Counted from the stretch's first letter, positions 37,514 through 48,124 are shown. The stretch is 64,000 nt of DNA from an uncultured Gemmatimonadaceae bacterium (GCA_963740355.1 CAVUDW010000003.1:1920001-1984000); one strand, 5' to 3'. Made by a program: numbers and translations. Notes: generated by a model not told the origin, from the letters alone.

Positions 37514-38071
37514 TCACTCCTCGAGGGTGCGATTGAGCCATGCGCGCGCCACCGTCCAGTCGCGCTTCACTGTGGCAGGCGATGTGCCGAGCGCCTCCGC
37601 CGTCTCCTCGATGCTCATGCCACCGAAGAATCGGCATTCGACGACGCGAGCCAGTCGCGCCTCGACCAACGCCAGTCGTTGCAACGCTTCATCGAGAGCG
37701 ATCAGTTCGTCACTCCGCGACGCAGCCATGGCCAAGGCGTCGTCGAGCGTCGCAGCGTCGAGCCCACCGCCGCGCTTCTCTGCGCGGCGCGCGACCGCGT
37801 AGTCGATCAGGATTCGGCGCATCGCGCGTGCCGCCAGGCCCAGTACGTGCGCTTGGTTCATCCACCGAATGCGGTCGAGTGCGGCGAGCTTCAGGTACGC
37901 CTCGTGCACCAACGCGGTAGTGCCGAGTGTGTGCTGCGTGCGTTCGCCGCGCAGGTGGCGATGCGCCAGCACCCGCAGCTCATCGTACACGCGCGGGAAC
38001 AGCGCCTCGAGCTCAGCCTCGGCTTCGCCAGCAACGCCAGCATTCGGCGTCCGCGTACCGTCGTCGGTCAC
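37514..38071 (-). CDS. ECF sigma factor, kinase-associated (TIGR02999-like)
   Basis: VYDELRVLA, TTALVHEAYL, AMRRILIDYA...KRGG and TVKRDW. Confidence 0.9.
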   Translation of the reverse strand: MTDDGTRTPNAGVAGEAEAELEALFPRVYDELRVLAHRHLRGERTQHTLGTTALVHEAYLKLAALDRIRWMNQAHVLGLAARAMRRILIDYAVARRAEKRGGGLDAATLDDALAMAASRSDELIALDEALQRLALVEARLARVVECRFFGGMSIEETAEALGTSPATVKRDWTVARAWLNRTLEE

Positions 38072-40674
38072 CGTGGCAGCACCTCACTGACGAGTGAGGC
38101 GAAACGTGGGTCGCGACGGAGCTTGCGCCACGCGGGATCGACCTTGAGGAACACCATCGAGTGGGACCGTTGAGCCCGGGCCTTCTGCAGCCACGCGATG
38201 GCATCAGTATCGCGATTCAAGGCCGCATACACCTTTGCCACATCGTAGGCTGGCACATACCGGTTCGCCGCATCTCGCGACGCCAGGATTGCGAGCAACT
38301 TTTCAGCCTCGTCACGCTGCCCTCCGTGCGCCAGCGACGATGCGAGGATGGCGAGATTCAGGCCGCTGCTGTCGGACAACGCCAGCAGCCGTCGATGCAG
38401 CACGATCGCTTGCGGTACCGAGTCCATGGCGACCAGCGTTTCACCGGCCCACGCCAGCGCTACCGCATAATCGGGATTGGTCGCGAACACACCGCGCAAC
38501 CGCTCCAGCGCCTTTGCGTTGTCGCCCGCGAAATAGTGAACCCATCCCTCGGCCGCTTTCGCGATCAGGGAGAGGGGGTCGACCTGCTGCGCGCGCTGCA
38601 TCTCGCGTGCGGCCTCGGGAAAGCGGCCAGCCGCGGCGAGCAGGTTGCCGTACCACTGATGTCCCGTCGCGTACTCGTCGTTGAGTTCGATCGCGCGCTT
38701 GAACTCCGTTTCGCCGCGTGCGAGGTCCCAGTGGTAGTAGAGCGCCGCGTACCCAAGCGTTGCATGCGGGGCCGCCAGCGTTGGATCGAGACGGATCGCG
38801 CGCGTTGCGGCCGCCTCGGCGCGCGGGAATGCGTCGGCGGGGGCGAGGTAGTCATAAAATCCAAGCACTGCACTGGCGTCGGCTACTCCTACGAACGCGG
38901 GTGCATACAACGAGTCGTTTTGCACGGCCTGCTCGAAGAATCGCAGCGCCAGGCGCATGCTGGCTTCGGTGCGTGTCGCCCAGGCATAACGGCCCTTCAG
39001 GTACAGCTCATAGGCAGCCGCATCGGGACGCACCGCCATCGAATCGGCCCTGCCAACCACCAGCTTCAGCTGCAACGCGCGCGCGATGGCTTCCGCGATC
39101 TCCTGCTGCAGCGAGAACGCATCGCCTGCCGTGCGAAGGAATGGCTGCGTCCAGACCTGCAACCCGTCGTTCACACTCACGAGCCGCGCGGTGATCCGCA
39201 GCTGATCGCCGTCGCGCTGCAGGCTGCCTTCCACGATGTGTGACACACCCAGCTTGCGACCGATCTCGCGAATATCCTCGGACCGCGCCCGATAGGCGAA
39301 GACCGAGGTACTCGACACCACCTTCAGCCCGTCCACGCGCGAGAGCGTCGAGATGATCTCCTCGGTGAGGCCATCCGCGAAGTATTGCTGGTTTCGCTTT
39401 TCGCTTTGATCGACGAGCGGCAGGACAGCGACCGATCGTGTCGTGGATGGCTCGGCGGCGATCGCGGGCAACGCCGGCTCAGTGCCACGACGCGTCACAT
39501 ACCAGGTGACGAGGGCGGCGCCGAGCAGCGCGACGGCGCCGAAGCCGACGAGACGCTGCCGCGTCCGCGTGTTCCGAGCCGTGGGCGGCGCGGCGCGCGC
39601 GTTCCGGTGCGTGGCACGCTCGCCATCCATCTCCACCAAGCCAAGGTCGAGCAGCGCGCCTTCGAACTCGGCGGCCGTCTGAAAGCGCTGCTCGGCGGAT
39701 CGCGCCAATGCGCGGCGGACCACCGCTTCCAGTCCGGGCGAAACCTCCGGTCGCAGCCCCCGCAGCGCATCCGGCGCCGGCTGCCGCAGGTCACCCGTCA
39801 TCGCGGCGGCAAACCCATTGAGGTACGGTCTCTGCCCGGTCAGCATTTCGTAGAGCATCACGCCCACCGACCAGAGATCGGTGCGCGCATCGAGCGGCTT
39901 TCCCAGCGCCTGCTCGGGACTCATGTAGGCCAGCGTCCCGATCGGCCCGGCCACTGAACCGGTGAGCGTGATGTCGACCAGCTTCGCAATGCCGAAGTCG
40001 AGCAGCTTCACCAGGCCATCGGCGGTGAGCAGCACGTTACTCGGCTTGATGTCGCGATGGACGATGCCGCGTTCATGGGCCTTGGCCAGCCCGCGCAACA
40101 CCTGCACCGTGATGCTGACCGCCTGTGCGACCGGCAGCGGCCCGTTGGCGAGTGCGTCCTGCACCGTCTCGCCCTGATAGAGCGGCATCGCGATGTACAA
40201 CAACCCGTCGTCAGTCTGCCCGATCTCGTGCACCGTGCAGATGTTCGGATGCTCGAGGGCCGCGACGGTGCGCGCTTCGAGTCGGAAGCGTTCGGTGGCG
40301 ACGGTGTCGCTGACCAGGTGCGGCTGCAGGAACTTGAGCGCGATTGCGCGCCCCAGTTGATCGTCCTGCGCACGGTAGACGACGCCCATGCCACCGCCTC
40401 CAAGTCGACTCTCGACGCGGTAGCGACCGACGATCCGACCTTCCAGCGGTGTCGTGCGCAATCCCGCCGCAAGCGGCGCGACCTCAGCCGCCAGCTGGTC
40501 CATCTTGCCGGTGCGGTCGTGCGACGCCAACAGCGCCAGCACTTCGGCCCGCAGTGCAGCGTCGCCGGCACACGCTGCGACCAGGTAGGCATCTCGCGCC
40601 GACGGCTCGAGGGCTACCGCCGCGGCAAAGACCGACTCGATCTGGCGCCAGCGGTCTTCGGTGGGGGAGTTCAT
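38068..40674 (-). CDS. Ser/Thr kinase with TM segment, TolB-N-like and TPR domains
   Basis: GGGGMGVVY, HRDIKPSN, DFG, YMSPEQ, SVAVLP and AYELYLKG. Confidence 0.92.
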   Translation of the reverse strand: MNSPTEDRWRQIESVFAAAVALEPSARDAYLVAACAGDAALRAEVLALLASHDRTGKMDQLAAEVAPLAAGLRTTPLEGRIVGRYRVESRLGGGGMGVVYRAQDDQLGRAIALKFLQPHLVSDTVATERFRLEARTVAALEHPNICTVHEIGQTDDGLLYIAMPLYQGETVQDALANGPLPVAQAVSITVQVLRGLAKAHERGIVHRDIKPSNVLLTADGLVKLLDFGIAKLVDITLTGSVAGPIGTLAYMSPEQALGKPLDARTDLWSVGVMLYEMLTGQRPYLNGFAAAMTGDLRQPAPDALRGLRPEVSPGLEAVVRRALARSAEQRFQTAAEFEGALLDLGLVEMDGERATHRNARAAPPTARNTRTRQRLVGFGAVALLGAALVTWYVTRRGTEPALPAIAAEPSTTRSVAVLPLVDQSEKRNQQYFADGLTEEIISTLSRVDGLKVVSSTSVFAYRARSEDIREIGRKLGVSHIVEGSLQRDGDQLRITARLVSVNDGLQVWTQPFLRTAGDAFSLQQEIAEAIARALQLKLVVGRADSMAVRPDAAAYELYLKGRYAWATRTEASMRLALRFFEQAVQNDSLYAPAFVGVADASAVLGFYDYLAPADAFPRAEAAATRAIRLDPTLAAPHATLGYAALYYHWDLARGETEFKRAIELNDEYATGHQWYGNLLAAAGRFPEAAREMQRAQQVDPLSLIAKAAEGWVHYFAGDNAKALERLRGVFATNPDYAVALAWAGETLVAMDSVPQAIVLHRRLLALSDSSGLNLAILASSLAHGGQRDEAEKLLAILASRDAANRYVPAYDVAKVYAALNRDTDAIAWLQKARAQRSHSMVFLKVDPAWRKLRRDPRFASLVSEVLPR

Positions 40675-40788
40675 ACGAGGCTCAGTCTATCCCCGATGAG
40701 CCACTTCGGCGACGGATTCTGCTTTGGAGGGCAGGTCCCGGTCGACTTCACGACCGGTGCACCGCGTACCCCCACGTGAGAGAGAGAC

Positions 40789-41418
40789 ATGTCGACAACG
40801 CCCTATCTGCTGCCACGACTGACGGTTCGCTCGACCGCGGCGATGCTGCTCTTCGCCGCCTGTCAGTCCCCGGCCGCCCTGCCGACCGACAGCGTGCAGG
40901 CACAAGCCGCCACGGCGGCGGCCGCGCACGACCATCCGGGCAGCAACGCGGAGCTCACGCCAGACCGTTTGCGCACGATCGCCAAGGTGCGCCAGGCCAC
41001 GGCCCGTTTTCACGACGTCGAGGAAGCCATCCGCGCTGGCTACGTCGTGCAGTTTCCCGCAGGATGCGCGGCCTCACCAGCTGGTGCGCAGGGGTTCCAC
41101 TACCTGAACCCGACATTGGCGTCAGATGCGATCGTGGACCCACTCACCCCTGAACTCCTGATGTACGAACCGTCGCCCACCGGCAAGCTCGAACTGGTCG
41201 GCGTCGACTATGTGATCAAGTATTCGACGGTCGCGGCCAACACCATGCCGAAGCCGACCCTGATGGGCATCGACATGCTGAACAACGATGCGCTGGATGT
41301 GTGGGCATTGCACATTTGGTCGCGCCGGCCGAATCCGAGCGGGATGTTCGCGGCCTGGAATCCGAAAGTGAGCTGCGCCGCAGCTGGGGTGGCGAAGCTG
41401 CCGGAGTTGCCGCAGTAG
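40789..41418 (+). CDS. Hypothetical lipoprotein
   Basis: Lipobox FAAC, GFHYLN, PELLMYE, LVGVDY and LHIW...NPSGMF. Confidence 0.75.
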   Translation: MSTTPYLLPRLTVRSTAAMLLFAACQSPAALPTDSVQAQAATAAAAHDHPGSNAELTPDRLRTIAKVRQATARFHDVEEAIRAGYVVQFPAGCAASPAGAQGFHYLNPTLASDAIVDPLTPELLMYEPSPTGKLELVGVDYVIKYSTVAANTMPKPTLMGIDMLNNDALDVWALHIWSRRPNPSGMFAAWNPKVSCAAAGVAKLPELPQ

Positions 41419-41531
41419 CGCCGCGGCGCCGCGCCGCGACGACGCGACGTGGTAGTTTTCGGCTCGTGGTGCTGAGCGCACGCCGGCTGGCACCACAGCC
41501 GAAGGTTTTCCGCCACACACACCGAGCCAGT

Positions 41532-42245
41532 ATGCCGTCGCTCCGCCTGCCTCTCATCACACTCGGTCTCGCGGCGATCGCGTTGCTGCTCCTCCTTGCG
41601 TCTGGCGTCGGTTACCAGCGCGAGGTGTGGACGCTCCAGATGGCCTTCGGCATGATTCGATGGGCGGCCTACGCCGGCATCGCGATCGCCCTGCTGGCCG
41701 TTGCTGGCGCGATCTTCGCGCGACCCATTGGCAAGTCAACGGCGCTGTTCGCCGGCGCGCTGGTGATCGCAGCCGGAACGGCGTTCGTCCCGTGGAGCTG
41801 GATGCGCGTGGCGAAGAGTGTTCCGCCGATCCACGACGTCACGACCGACACGCAGGATCCACCGAAGTTCGTGGCCGTGCTGCCGCTGCGCGCGAATGCG
41901 AAGAACAGCGCGGAGTACGAGGGCGAGCGTATCGCCACACTCCAGCGAGCTGGATATCCAGATCTGGCGCCAAAGATCTACCCGGAGCCGACCGGCGTGG
42001 TTTTCGCACGCGCACGGGCCGCTGCGACGGCGATGGGATGGGAGCTGGTTGCCGCCGATTCGACCGACGGCCGCATCGAAGCCACCGCGACGACCAAATG
42101 GTTCGGCTTCAAGGACGACGTCGTGGTGCGCATCCGTTCGGAAGGCAGCGGAAGTCGCGTCGACGTACGATCGGTTTCGCGATTGGGTGGCAGCGACGTC
42201 GGGACGAACGCTGGCAGAATTCGCGCGTATCTGCTGCGCATCTGA
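41532..42245 (+). CDS. DUF1499 membrane protein
   Basis: PPIHDVTTD, FGFKDDVVVR and RSVSRLGGSDVGTNAGRI. Confidence 0.88.
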   Translation: MPSLRLPLITLGLAAIALLLLLASGVGYQREVWTLQMAFGMIRWAAYAGIAIALLAVAGAIFARPIGKSTALFAGALVIAAGTAFVPWSWMRVAKSVPPIHDVTTDTQDPPKFVAVLPLRANAKNSAEYEGERIATLQRAGYPDLAPKIYPEPTGVVFARARAAATAMGWELVAADSTDGRIEATATTKWFGFKDDVVVRIRSEGSGSRVDVRSVSRLGGSDVGTNAGRIRAYLLRI

Positions 42246-42277
42246 GGCTCATCGCGCTGGCACTCGCCGCCTGAAGG

Positions 42278-43285
42278 CTACGCGGCCAGCACCACGCGAT
42301 TGCGACCGGCGTGTTTCGCCTGATAGAGGGCTCGATCGGCTGACTTGAGCCACGACTTCACGTCGCGACCGCTGCCGGTGCTGACGCCGACGCTGATCGT
42401 GACCGTTTCACCTGCCAGCAGTTCGCTGCTCGCCACGAACTCGCGCAGCGTCTCGGCCAGCGACATCGCGGCAGCATCGGTGGTCCGAGGCAGCAGCAGC
42501 ACGAATTCCTCTCCGCCGGTGCGGAAGAGCAGGTCACCAAGGCGCTGTCGCGTGGTCAACAGCTGCACCAGGCGAACGAGCACATCATCGCCAACATCGT
42601 GGCCATGCCGGTCGTTGATCGACTTGAAATGATCGATGTCGATCGCCAGCAGGCGCGGGCCTGCGATCACACCGTCCACCGCGGGAGCCATGCGATCGAG
42701 ATGCGCCTGCAGGTGCCTGCGATTGTAGCAGCCGGTGAGCGGGTCGGTGATGGCCTGCGTCACCAAGGCGCGCTGCAGGTCTCCAAGCACACCCAGCACG
42801 ACGTTGATCATCAGCAGCACGAACGAGAGCGAGATGAAGATGCGAGCGGACACGCCGCCGCCGAGCACCTGCAGGCTCGCTGCGCAGACACTGGTGATGA
42901 GGATGACGCTGAGCACGATGGCCAATCGCCGCGGCAGTGCAAAGAAGCAGATGAACAACATCGGGTAGGCCCACAGCACGCCATTGAACCCTTGCAGCAG
43001 CGTGGACGTGACGATCGCCGCGATCAGGAGTGGGGCGAGCACCCCGAACGGCAGGAGCTCTCGACGGCCGCGCTGTGTGGTCCAGACGTTGCTGAGCAAC
43101 AGCGCGGCCACGGCGAAGTTCAGCAGCACCAGCGTCCAGCGTCCAGTTGCGAGGTGCATCAGTCCAACAGCGCCCAGCAAGACGCTTCCGATCAGACTCA
43201 GGTTATGCACAATGCCAGCCCGGTACCCGGCCAGGGCATCGTTCGCGATATCCATCGCGTGCAGCAATTGTGTGAATCGTTTCAT
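42278..43285 (-). CDS. Membrane-bound diguanylate cyclase
   Basis: N-terminal TM helices, DPLTG, DIDHFK, GGEEF and KHAGRN. Confidence 0.92.
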   Translation of the reverse strand: MKRFTQLLHAMDIANDALAGYRAGIVHNLSLIGSVLLGAVGLMHLATGRWTLVLLNFAVAALLLSNVWTTQRGRRELLPFGVLAPLLIAAIVTSTLLQGFNGVLWAYPMLFICFFALPRRLAIVLSVILITSVCAASLQVLGGGVSARIFISLSFVLLMINVVLGVLGDLQRALVTQAITDPLTGCYNRRHLQAHLDRMAPAVDGVIAGPRLLAIDIDHFKSINDRHGHDVGDDVLVRLVQLLTTRQRLGDLLFRTGGEEFVLLLPRTTDAAAMSLAETLREFVASSELLAGETVTISVGVSTGSGRDVKSWLKSADRALYQAKHAGRNRVVLAA

Positions 43286-43478
43286 GCTGGCATTCTCTCC
43301 GGGCTGCTCGCGACGGCCGCACGATCGCGCCATCCCTGGGAGAGTATCGGAAGCTCGCCGGCGAACTGGGCAGGTAAGTTCAGCGAGGATCCGCGCAGCG
43401 TGTTTGCCCTGTTGAACGTTGTCACGAATGCCGACTCAGACCTGCGACCGGAGCGGTTCGTTGGATTCATTTAAGGTC

Positions 43479-44063
43479 ATGACATCGCGGCCGGTCGTCA
43501 TCGAGCCGTATACGGAGCGATGGGTAACGGAGTATCAGTCGATCGCGACGCGGCTTCGAGCCGCGGCCGGGAGTGAGGCGATTCGCATCGATCACATCGG
43601 CTCGACCAGCATCCCCGGGCTGGGTGCGAAGGACGTGATCGACGTGCAGGTCACCGTGGCGGACCTGCATTCGTGCGACGAGCTGTTGGCGAGCCTGCGT
43701 GCGATCGGGTTTACCCGCGGCGAACAGGTCGAATACGACTCACCCGCACTGCCGTCGGCAGACCAGGCCGATCTCGCGAAGAGATACATGCGCGAGCCCG
43801 CCGCCGAACGACGCACCCACGTACACATCCGTCAGGCCGGCGCGCTCAATCAGCGTTTCGCTCTACTCTTTCGCGACTATCTGCGCGCCACGCCGTCGGT
43901 ACGCGCGCACTATGAGATAGTGAAGCAGCGCGCGGCGCAGCTCTTCCCGAACAACATCGATGGCTACATCTGGCTCAAGCATGCACCGATCCAGATCATT
44001 CACGAGGCGGCAATGTTGTGGGCGACGGCCGTTTCCTGGGCACCGAGCGCCGAATACGAGTGA
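43479..44063 (+). CDS. GrpB family protein
   Basis: HIGSTSIPGLGAKDVID, HVH and FRDYL. Confidence 0.88.
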   Translation: MTSRPVVIEPYTERWVTEYQSIATRLRAAAGSEAIRIDHIGSTSIPGLGAKDVIDVQVTVADLHSCDELLASLRAIGFTRGEQVEYDSPALPSADQADLAKRYMREPAAERRTHVHIRQAGALNQRFALLFRDYLRATPSVRAHYEIVKQRAAQLFPNNIDGYIWLKHAPIQIIHEAAMLWATAVSWAPSAEYE

Positions 44064-44164
44064 GCGGGTCGCGCCATCCTGCACGCGACCCGCTCGACCG
44101 ACTTTCTGCTGCTGCACCAGCTGGCGCGCTCACCGCCGGCGTTCAGCGGAATCGGGTCCGTGGA

Positions 44165-44482
44165 TCAGCCTTCGCCGGCCACGTCGTCGACAGGATGATC
44201 ATGCTTCGCAACATCCTTCGCGAGGCGTGACCGCTCACTTTCCTTCTCTGCATCATCGTGCTGCTCGCGATGCTCGAAAAGGCGATCCTTCCCGGCATCA
44301 TCGTGGCGCGCAATCTTGCTCGGGTCGTGCCCTGGCCCGGCGCCGTGCTTGGTGTCGACCGCTTTCTCGGCCGCCTTCGCTTCATCGGCTGCGTGGTCCA
44401 GCTTCTTGTCGCTGGCGTCATGCTTATAACTGCTGGTGCTGTCGCTGATGGCAGACTCACTGATGATGGGAAGCCAATCCAT
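44165..44482 (-). CDS. Small hydrophilic His/Asp-rich hypothetical protein
   Basis: Charged composition (HDASDKKLDHAADE...HREQHDDAE). Start uncertain. Confidence 0.45.
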   Translation of the reverse strand: MDWLPIISESAISDSTSSYKHDASDKKLDHAADEAKAAEKAVDTKHGAGPGHDPSKIARHDDAGKDRLFEHREQHDDAEKESERSRLAKDVAKHDHPVDDVAGEG

Positions 44483-44508
44483 AAGGCAACAGCTGTGCCG
44501 AAATCGCT

Positions 44509-45729
44509 CTACCGGAACAACTTCGGTGCGAAATCAGCGAGATAGTCGCGCCAGTTGGTCCACGTGTGCCCGCCACCGCTCTCGTGGTAGGTGTACTTGA
44601 TGCCGTACTTGTCCAGCACACCACGCGTCGGCGCCACGGTGCGGTAAAGGAAGTCGTCCTTGCCGATGGCGTAATACACCAGCTTGAACGCTTCAGGGCC
44701 GGTCGCGCCGCGCTTCAGTGCGGCGGCATTCTGTGCTTCGTACGCCTTCACCTGTGTGCTATCGATCAAGCCCATGCTGAAGATGCCGACGTAGCCGAAC
44801 CGGTCAGGCCGCGTGAGCCCGAAACGAATCGTGTGTGCGCCGCCCATCGAGAGGCCAGCCATCGCGCGCGTCGCCGTACCATTCAACGTTCGGTAGTTCG
44901 CTTCGACGTACGGGATCAGGTCCTTGTGCAGGTCATCGCCGAAGTCCGAGTTGGTGAGCAGATCGGTGCCTGGCCGATCCGGCGTATGTCCGAACGGCAT
45001 CACCACGATCATCGGCCGTGCCTTGCCCGCGGCAATCAGGTTGTCGAGGATGTAGTTCGCGTGGCCTTCCGACGTCCAGCTGTTGTCGCTGTCGCCGGCG
45101 CCATGCACGAGATACAAGACGGGGAAACTCGTGCTTCCCTTCATGTAGCCAGGCGGCGTGTAGATGTGCGCGCGGCGCTTCGCGCCGAGTGAAGTCGACT
45201 GGTACTCGACCACGCTCACGGCGCCGTGCGGCACCTTCGGGTCGAAGGCCTGAAATGCACCGGAAGGCCCGGTGATTTCGAAGATGGAGTTTGTCGCCGT
45301 GCGCTCTTCCGAGAACCGCGTTGCCTGCGGATCGGGCACCCGTGCCCCATTCACACGGAAGTTGTAGCGATAGGTGCCCGGCTCGATCGGGACGGCGGTC
45401 GTGCCGGTCCACAATCCCATCGAATCCTTCGTCAGCGCCAACCCCGCCGGACCGCCGCCCATGCCCATCGGGATCGCCGGGGCATAGTCGCTACTGGTGA
45501 CGAACACCGTCGAGGCTTCCGGCGCGCAGAGCCGGAAGGTGACGCGGCTATCCGGAAGCTGCTCGACCGACTTGTAGGCTGCCGGCGGGGCGAACATCCC
45601 CGTGGGCAGACAACTCGTCGGCTTGGCCGGCGGCCCGCCCGGCTGGGCGCCGGCGACGGACGCCAGGCAGACGAAGGCGAGCAGAGCAGCGGACGCCGTG
45701 CGGCGCTGAGCGTTCAAGGAAGTCGACAT
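44509..45729 (-). CDS. Secreted CE1-like esterase with an N-terminal Ig-like (CBM48-like) domain
   Basis: Signal peptide, VTFRLCAP, YTPPGY, LYLVHG, AGLSMGG and GGHTW. Confidence 0.9.
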   Translation of the reverse strand: MSTSLNAQRRTASAALLAFVCLASVAGAQPGGPPAKPTSCLPTGMFAPPAAYKSVEQLPDSRVTFRLCAPEASTVFVTSSDYAPAIPMGMGGGPAGLALTKDSMGLWTGTTAVPIEPGTYRYNFRVNGARVPDPQATRFSEERTATNSIFEITGPSGAFQAFDPKVPHGAVSVVEYQSTSLGAKRRAHIYTPPGYMKGSTSFPVLYLVHGAGDSDNSWTSEGHANYILDNLIAAGKARPMIVVMPFGHTPDRPGTDLLTNSDFGDDLHKDLIPYVEANYRTLNGTATRAMAGLSMGGAHTIRFGLTRPDRFGYVGIFSMGLIDSTQVKAYEAQNAAALKRGATGPEAFKLVYYAIGKDDFLYRTVAPTRGVLDKYGIKYTYHESGGGHTWTNWRDYLADFAPKLFR

Positions 45730-45778
45730 GGTGGCGATGCGTCCCGGGAAAATGGGCCAGTCACAGCTGGCGGCTCTT

Positions 45779-45827
45779 TGTGTAGTCAGTACACATTAAG
45801 TGCGTGTCATTGTGTCGGCAATACACA
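45779..45827. promoter_or_regulatory. Two NrtR-type operator palindromes
   Basis: TGTGTA-GTCAG-TACACA (45779-45795) and TGTGTC-GGCAA-TACACA (45811-45827) between the divergent esterase and NrtR genes. Confidence 0.75.
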
Positions 45828-45846
45828 CCCGGTATTCCTCCTGCCC

Positions 45847-46572
45847 ATGGATGCCCGCACCAAGCTCATCGACTTCTTCGGCGGCGGCGACCGCGACGTC
45901 CTGCCGCATCTGTCGGTGGACTGCGCGATCCTCGGCTTTCACGCCGGCGAGCTGAAAGTCCTGCTCCTCCGGTGGAGAGGGGCCGACGCCTGGAGCCTGC
46001 CGGGTGGATTCGTCCACACGGATGAGCCACTGGACGACGCCGCGGCCCGCATCCTCCGCGAGCGCACCGGGCTGGATCGGATCTACCTGCAGCAGTTTCA
46101 CGCCTTCGGCGGTACCAATCGACGCGAAGCGGCCCTGATTCCCGCCTTCGAATCACTCGGCCTGTCGATTCCCCGCGACCATTGGCTCTTCCGGCGAGTC
46201 ATCGCCGTCGGCTATGTGGCGCTGGTGGACTTCGCCGAGGCGACGCCGGCGCCGGATGAGTTCTCCGAGGAATGCCGGTGGTGGGATCTGCACGACCACC
46301 CGCCCCTGCTCTTCGATCACGACGACATCGTGGCGCGTGGGCTCGAGACCGTGCGTCGCGAGCTGGAAACGGCGCCGATCGCTGCCAGCCTGCTTCCGGA
46401 GAAGTTCACTATGCCGGAGCTGCAGCGAGTGTATGAAACGGTGGGTGGCCGACCGCTCGATCGACGCAACTTCCAGAAGTTCATTCGTGAACGCGGGCTG
46501 GTCGAGCGTCTCGATGAACGCAAGATCGGCAGCGCACACCGGGCACCGTATCTCTATCGATTCATCGGCTGA
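45847..46572 (+). CDS. NrtR family Nudix-wHTH regulator
   Basis: SVDC, WSLPGGF...ERTG, FDH, FTMPEL and DRRNF...RAPYLY. Confidence 0.9.
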   Translation: MDARTKLIDFFGGGDRDVLPHLSVDCAILGFHAGELKVLLLRWRGADAWSLPGGFVHTDEPLDDAAARILRERTGLDRIYLQQFHAFGGTNRREAALIPAFESLGLSIPRDHWLFRRVIAVGYVALVDFAEATPAPDEFSEECRWWDLHDHPPLLFDHDDIVARGLETVRRELETAPIAASLLPEKFTMPELQRVYETVGGRPLDRRNFQKFIRERGLVERLDERKIGSAHRAPYLYRFIG

Positions 46573-46651
46573 CCATACGTGGGTATCGAGGATCGCTGAA
46601 ATAGATTGCAAGGCTCCCGCGATCTGCCGCAATTCAACAGCCCCGCGTACC

Positions 46652-48124
46652 GTGCCAGAAACGAACGGCGTCATGATGCAGTACTTCCATTGGTACTCGG
46701 CCAACGATGGAAGCCTGTGGCGGGAGATTGCGCATAACGCGAAGCAGCTGGTGAAGCTTGGCATCACATCGCTCTGGATACCGCCGGCCTACAAGGGCAG
46801 CGGCGGCGCGAACGATGTTGGGTATGGCACGTACGACCTGTTCGACCTCGGTGAGTTCGACCAGAAGGGATCGGTCCGTACCAAGTATGGCACGCGCGAC
46901 GAGCTGATCGCTGCGTGCAAGGCGGCGCGTGACGCTGGCCTTCGCATCTACGCCGACGCAGTCTTCAATCACAAGATGGGTGCCGATGCCGAGGAAGACG
47001 TCGAGGCGACGCCGTACGATCCGGAGAATCGAACCGCACCGATCGGCGAACTGACGACGCTCCGCGCCTGGACACACTTCTCCTTCCCAGGTCGCGCCGG
47101 CGCACACTCCTCGATGCAGTGGCACTGGCATCACTTCACGGCCATCGACCACGATGATGGCACCGGCACAAAGGTCTACCTCTTCAAGGACAAGCAGTTC
47201 TCCACCAACGTGGATGACGAAAAGGGAAACTACGACTACCTGATGGGCTGCGACATCGACACGCAGCATCCGGAAGTTCGTGGTGAGCTGGAGTACTGGG
47301 GCGAATGGTTCGTGAACACGACGGGAGTCGACGGTTTCCGCTTCGATGCCGTCAAGCATGTGGAGGCGGGTTTCTTTCGCGACTGGTTGCGCGCCGTGAC
47401 CGAGCGCACTGGTCGCGAGCTCTTTGCCGTTGGCGAATACTGGTCCTACGACATAGAGTCGCTGCGACAGTTCATCGCGATCACCGAACGTCACGTTACG
47501 CTCTTCGATGCGCCGCTGCACCACAAGTTCCACATCGCCAGCGTCTCAGGCGCGGACTTCGACCTGCGTCATATCTTCGACGACACACTCGTCCAGGCCG
47601 ATCCGCTGATGGCGGTGACGCTGGTCGAGAACCACGATTCTCAGCCGCTGCAGGCGCTCGAGAGCGTGGTCGAGCCGTGGTTCAAGCCGCTGGCGTACGC
47701 GTTGATCCTGCTGCGTCGCGACGGCTATCCGTGCATCTTCCACGCTGACTACTTCGGCGCTGAGTATTCGGACAACGGCAACGACGGCGGCACGTACGAC
47801 ATCCAGCTGGCGCCGCATCAGTTCCTCGTCGATCGCTTCCTGCTGGCGCGCAAGGAACAGGCGTGGGGCGAGCAGCAGGACTACTTCGATCATCCGAACT
47901 GCATCGGCTGGACGCGCAGCGGTGATCCGGAACATGTGGGCGGCCTGGCCGTGGTGATGAGCAATCGCGACGCCGTTGTGAAGCGGATGCAGGTCAGCTT
48001 GCCGAAGGCCAGATATCGCGATGTCACCGGCCACGTCGAGGCTGTCGTGGAGACGGACGCCGAGGGCCTTGCAGAGTTTCCCTGCCCGGCGGGTCAGGTC
48101 TCGGTCTGGATTCCAGTGGTGTGA
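46652..48124 (+). CDS. amyA: Alpha-amylase (GH13, cytoplasmic AmyA-like)
   Basis: MMQYFHW, DLGEFDQKG, GFRFDAVKH, VGEYW and VENHD. Confidence 0.92.
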   Translation: MPETNGVMMQYFHWYSANDGSLWREIAHNAKQLVKLGITSLWIPPAYKGSGGANDVGYGTYDLFDLGEFDQKGSVRTKYGTRDELIAACKAARDAGLRIYADAVFNHKMGADAEEDVEATPYDPENRTAPIGELTTLRAWTHFSFPGRAGAHSSMQWHWHHFTAIDHDDGTGTKVYLFKDKQFSTNVDDEKGNYDYLMGCDIDTQHPEVRGELEYWGEWFVNTTGVDGFRFDAVKHVEAGFFRDWLRAVTERTGRELFAVGEYWSYDIESLRQFIAITERHVTLFDAPLHHKFHIASVSGADFDLRHIFDDTLVQADPLMAVTLVENHDSQPLQALESVVEPWFKPLAYALILLRRDGYPCIFHADYFGAEYSDNGNDGGTYDIQLAPHQFLVDRFLLARKEQAWGEQQDYFDHPNCIGWTRSGDPEHVGGLAVVMSNRDAVVKRMQVSLPKARYRDVTGHVEAVVETDAEGLAEFPCPAGQVSVWIPVV

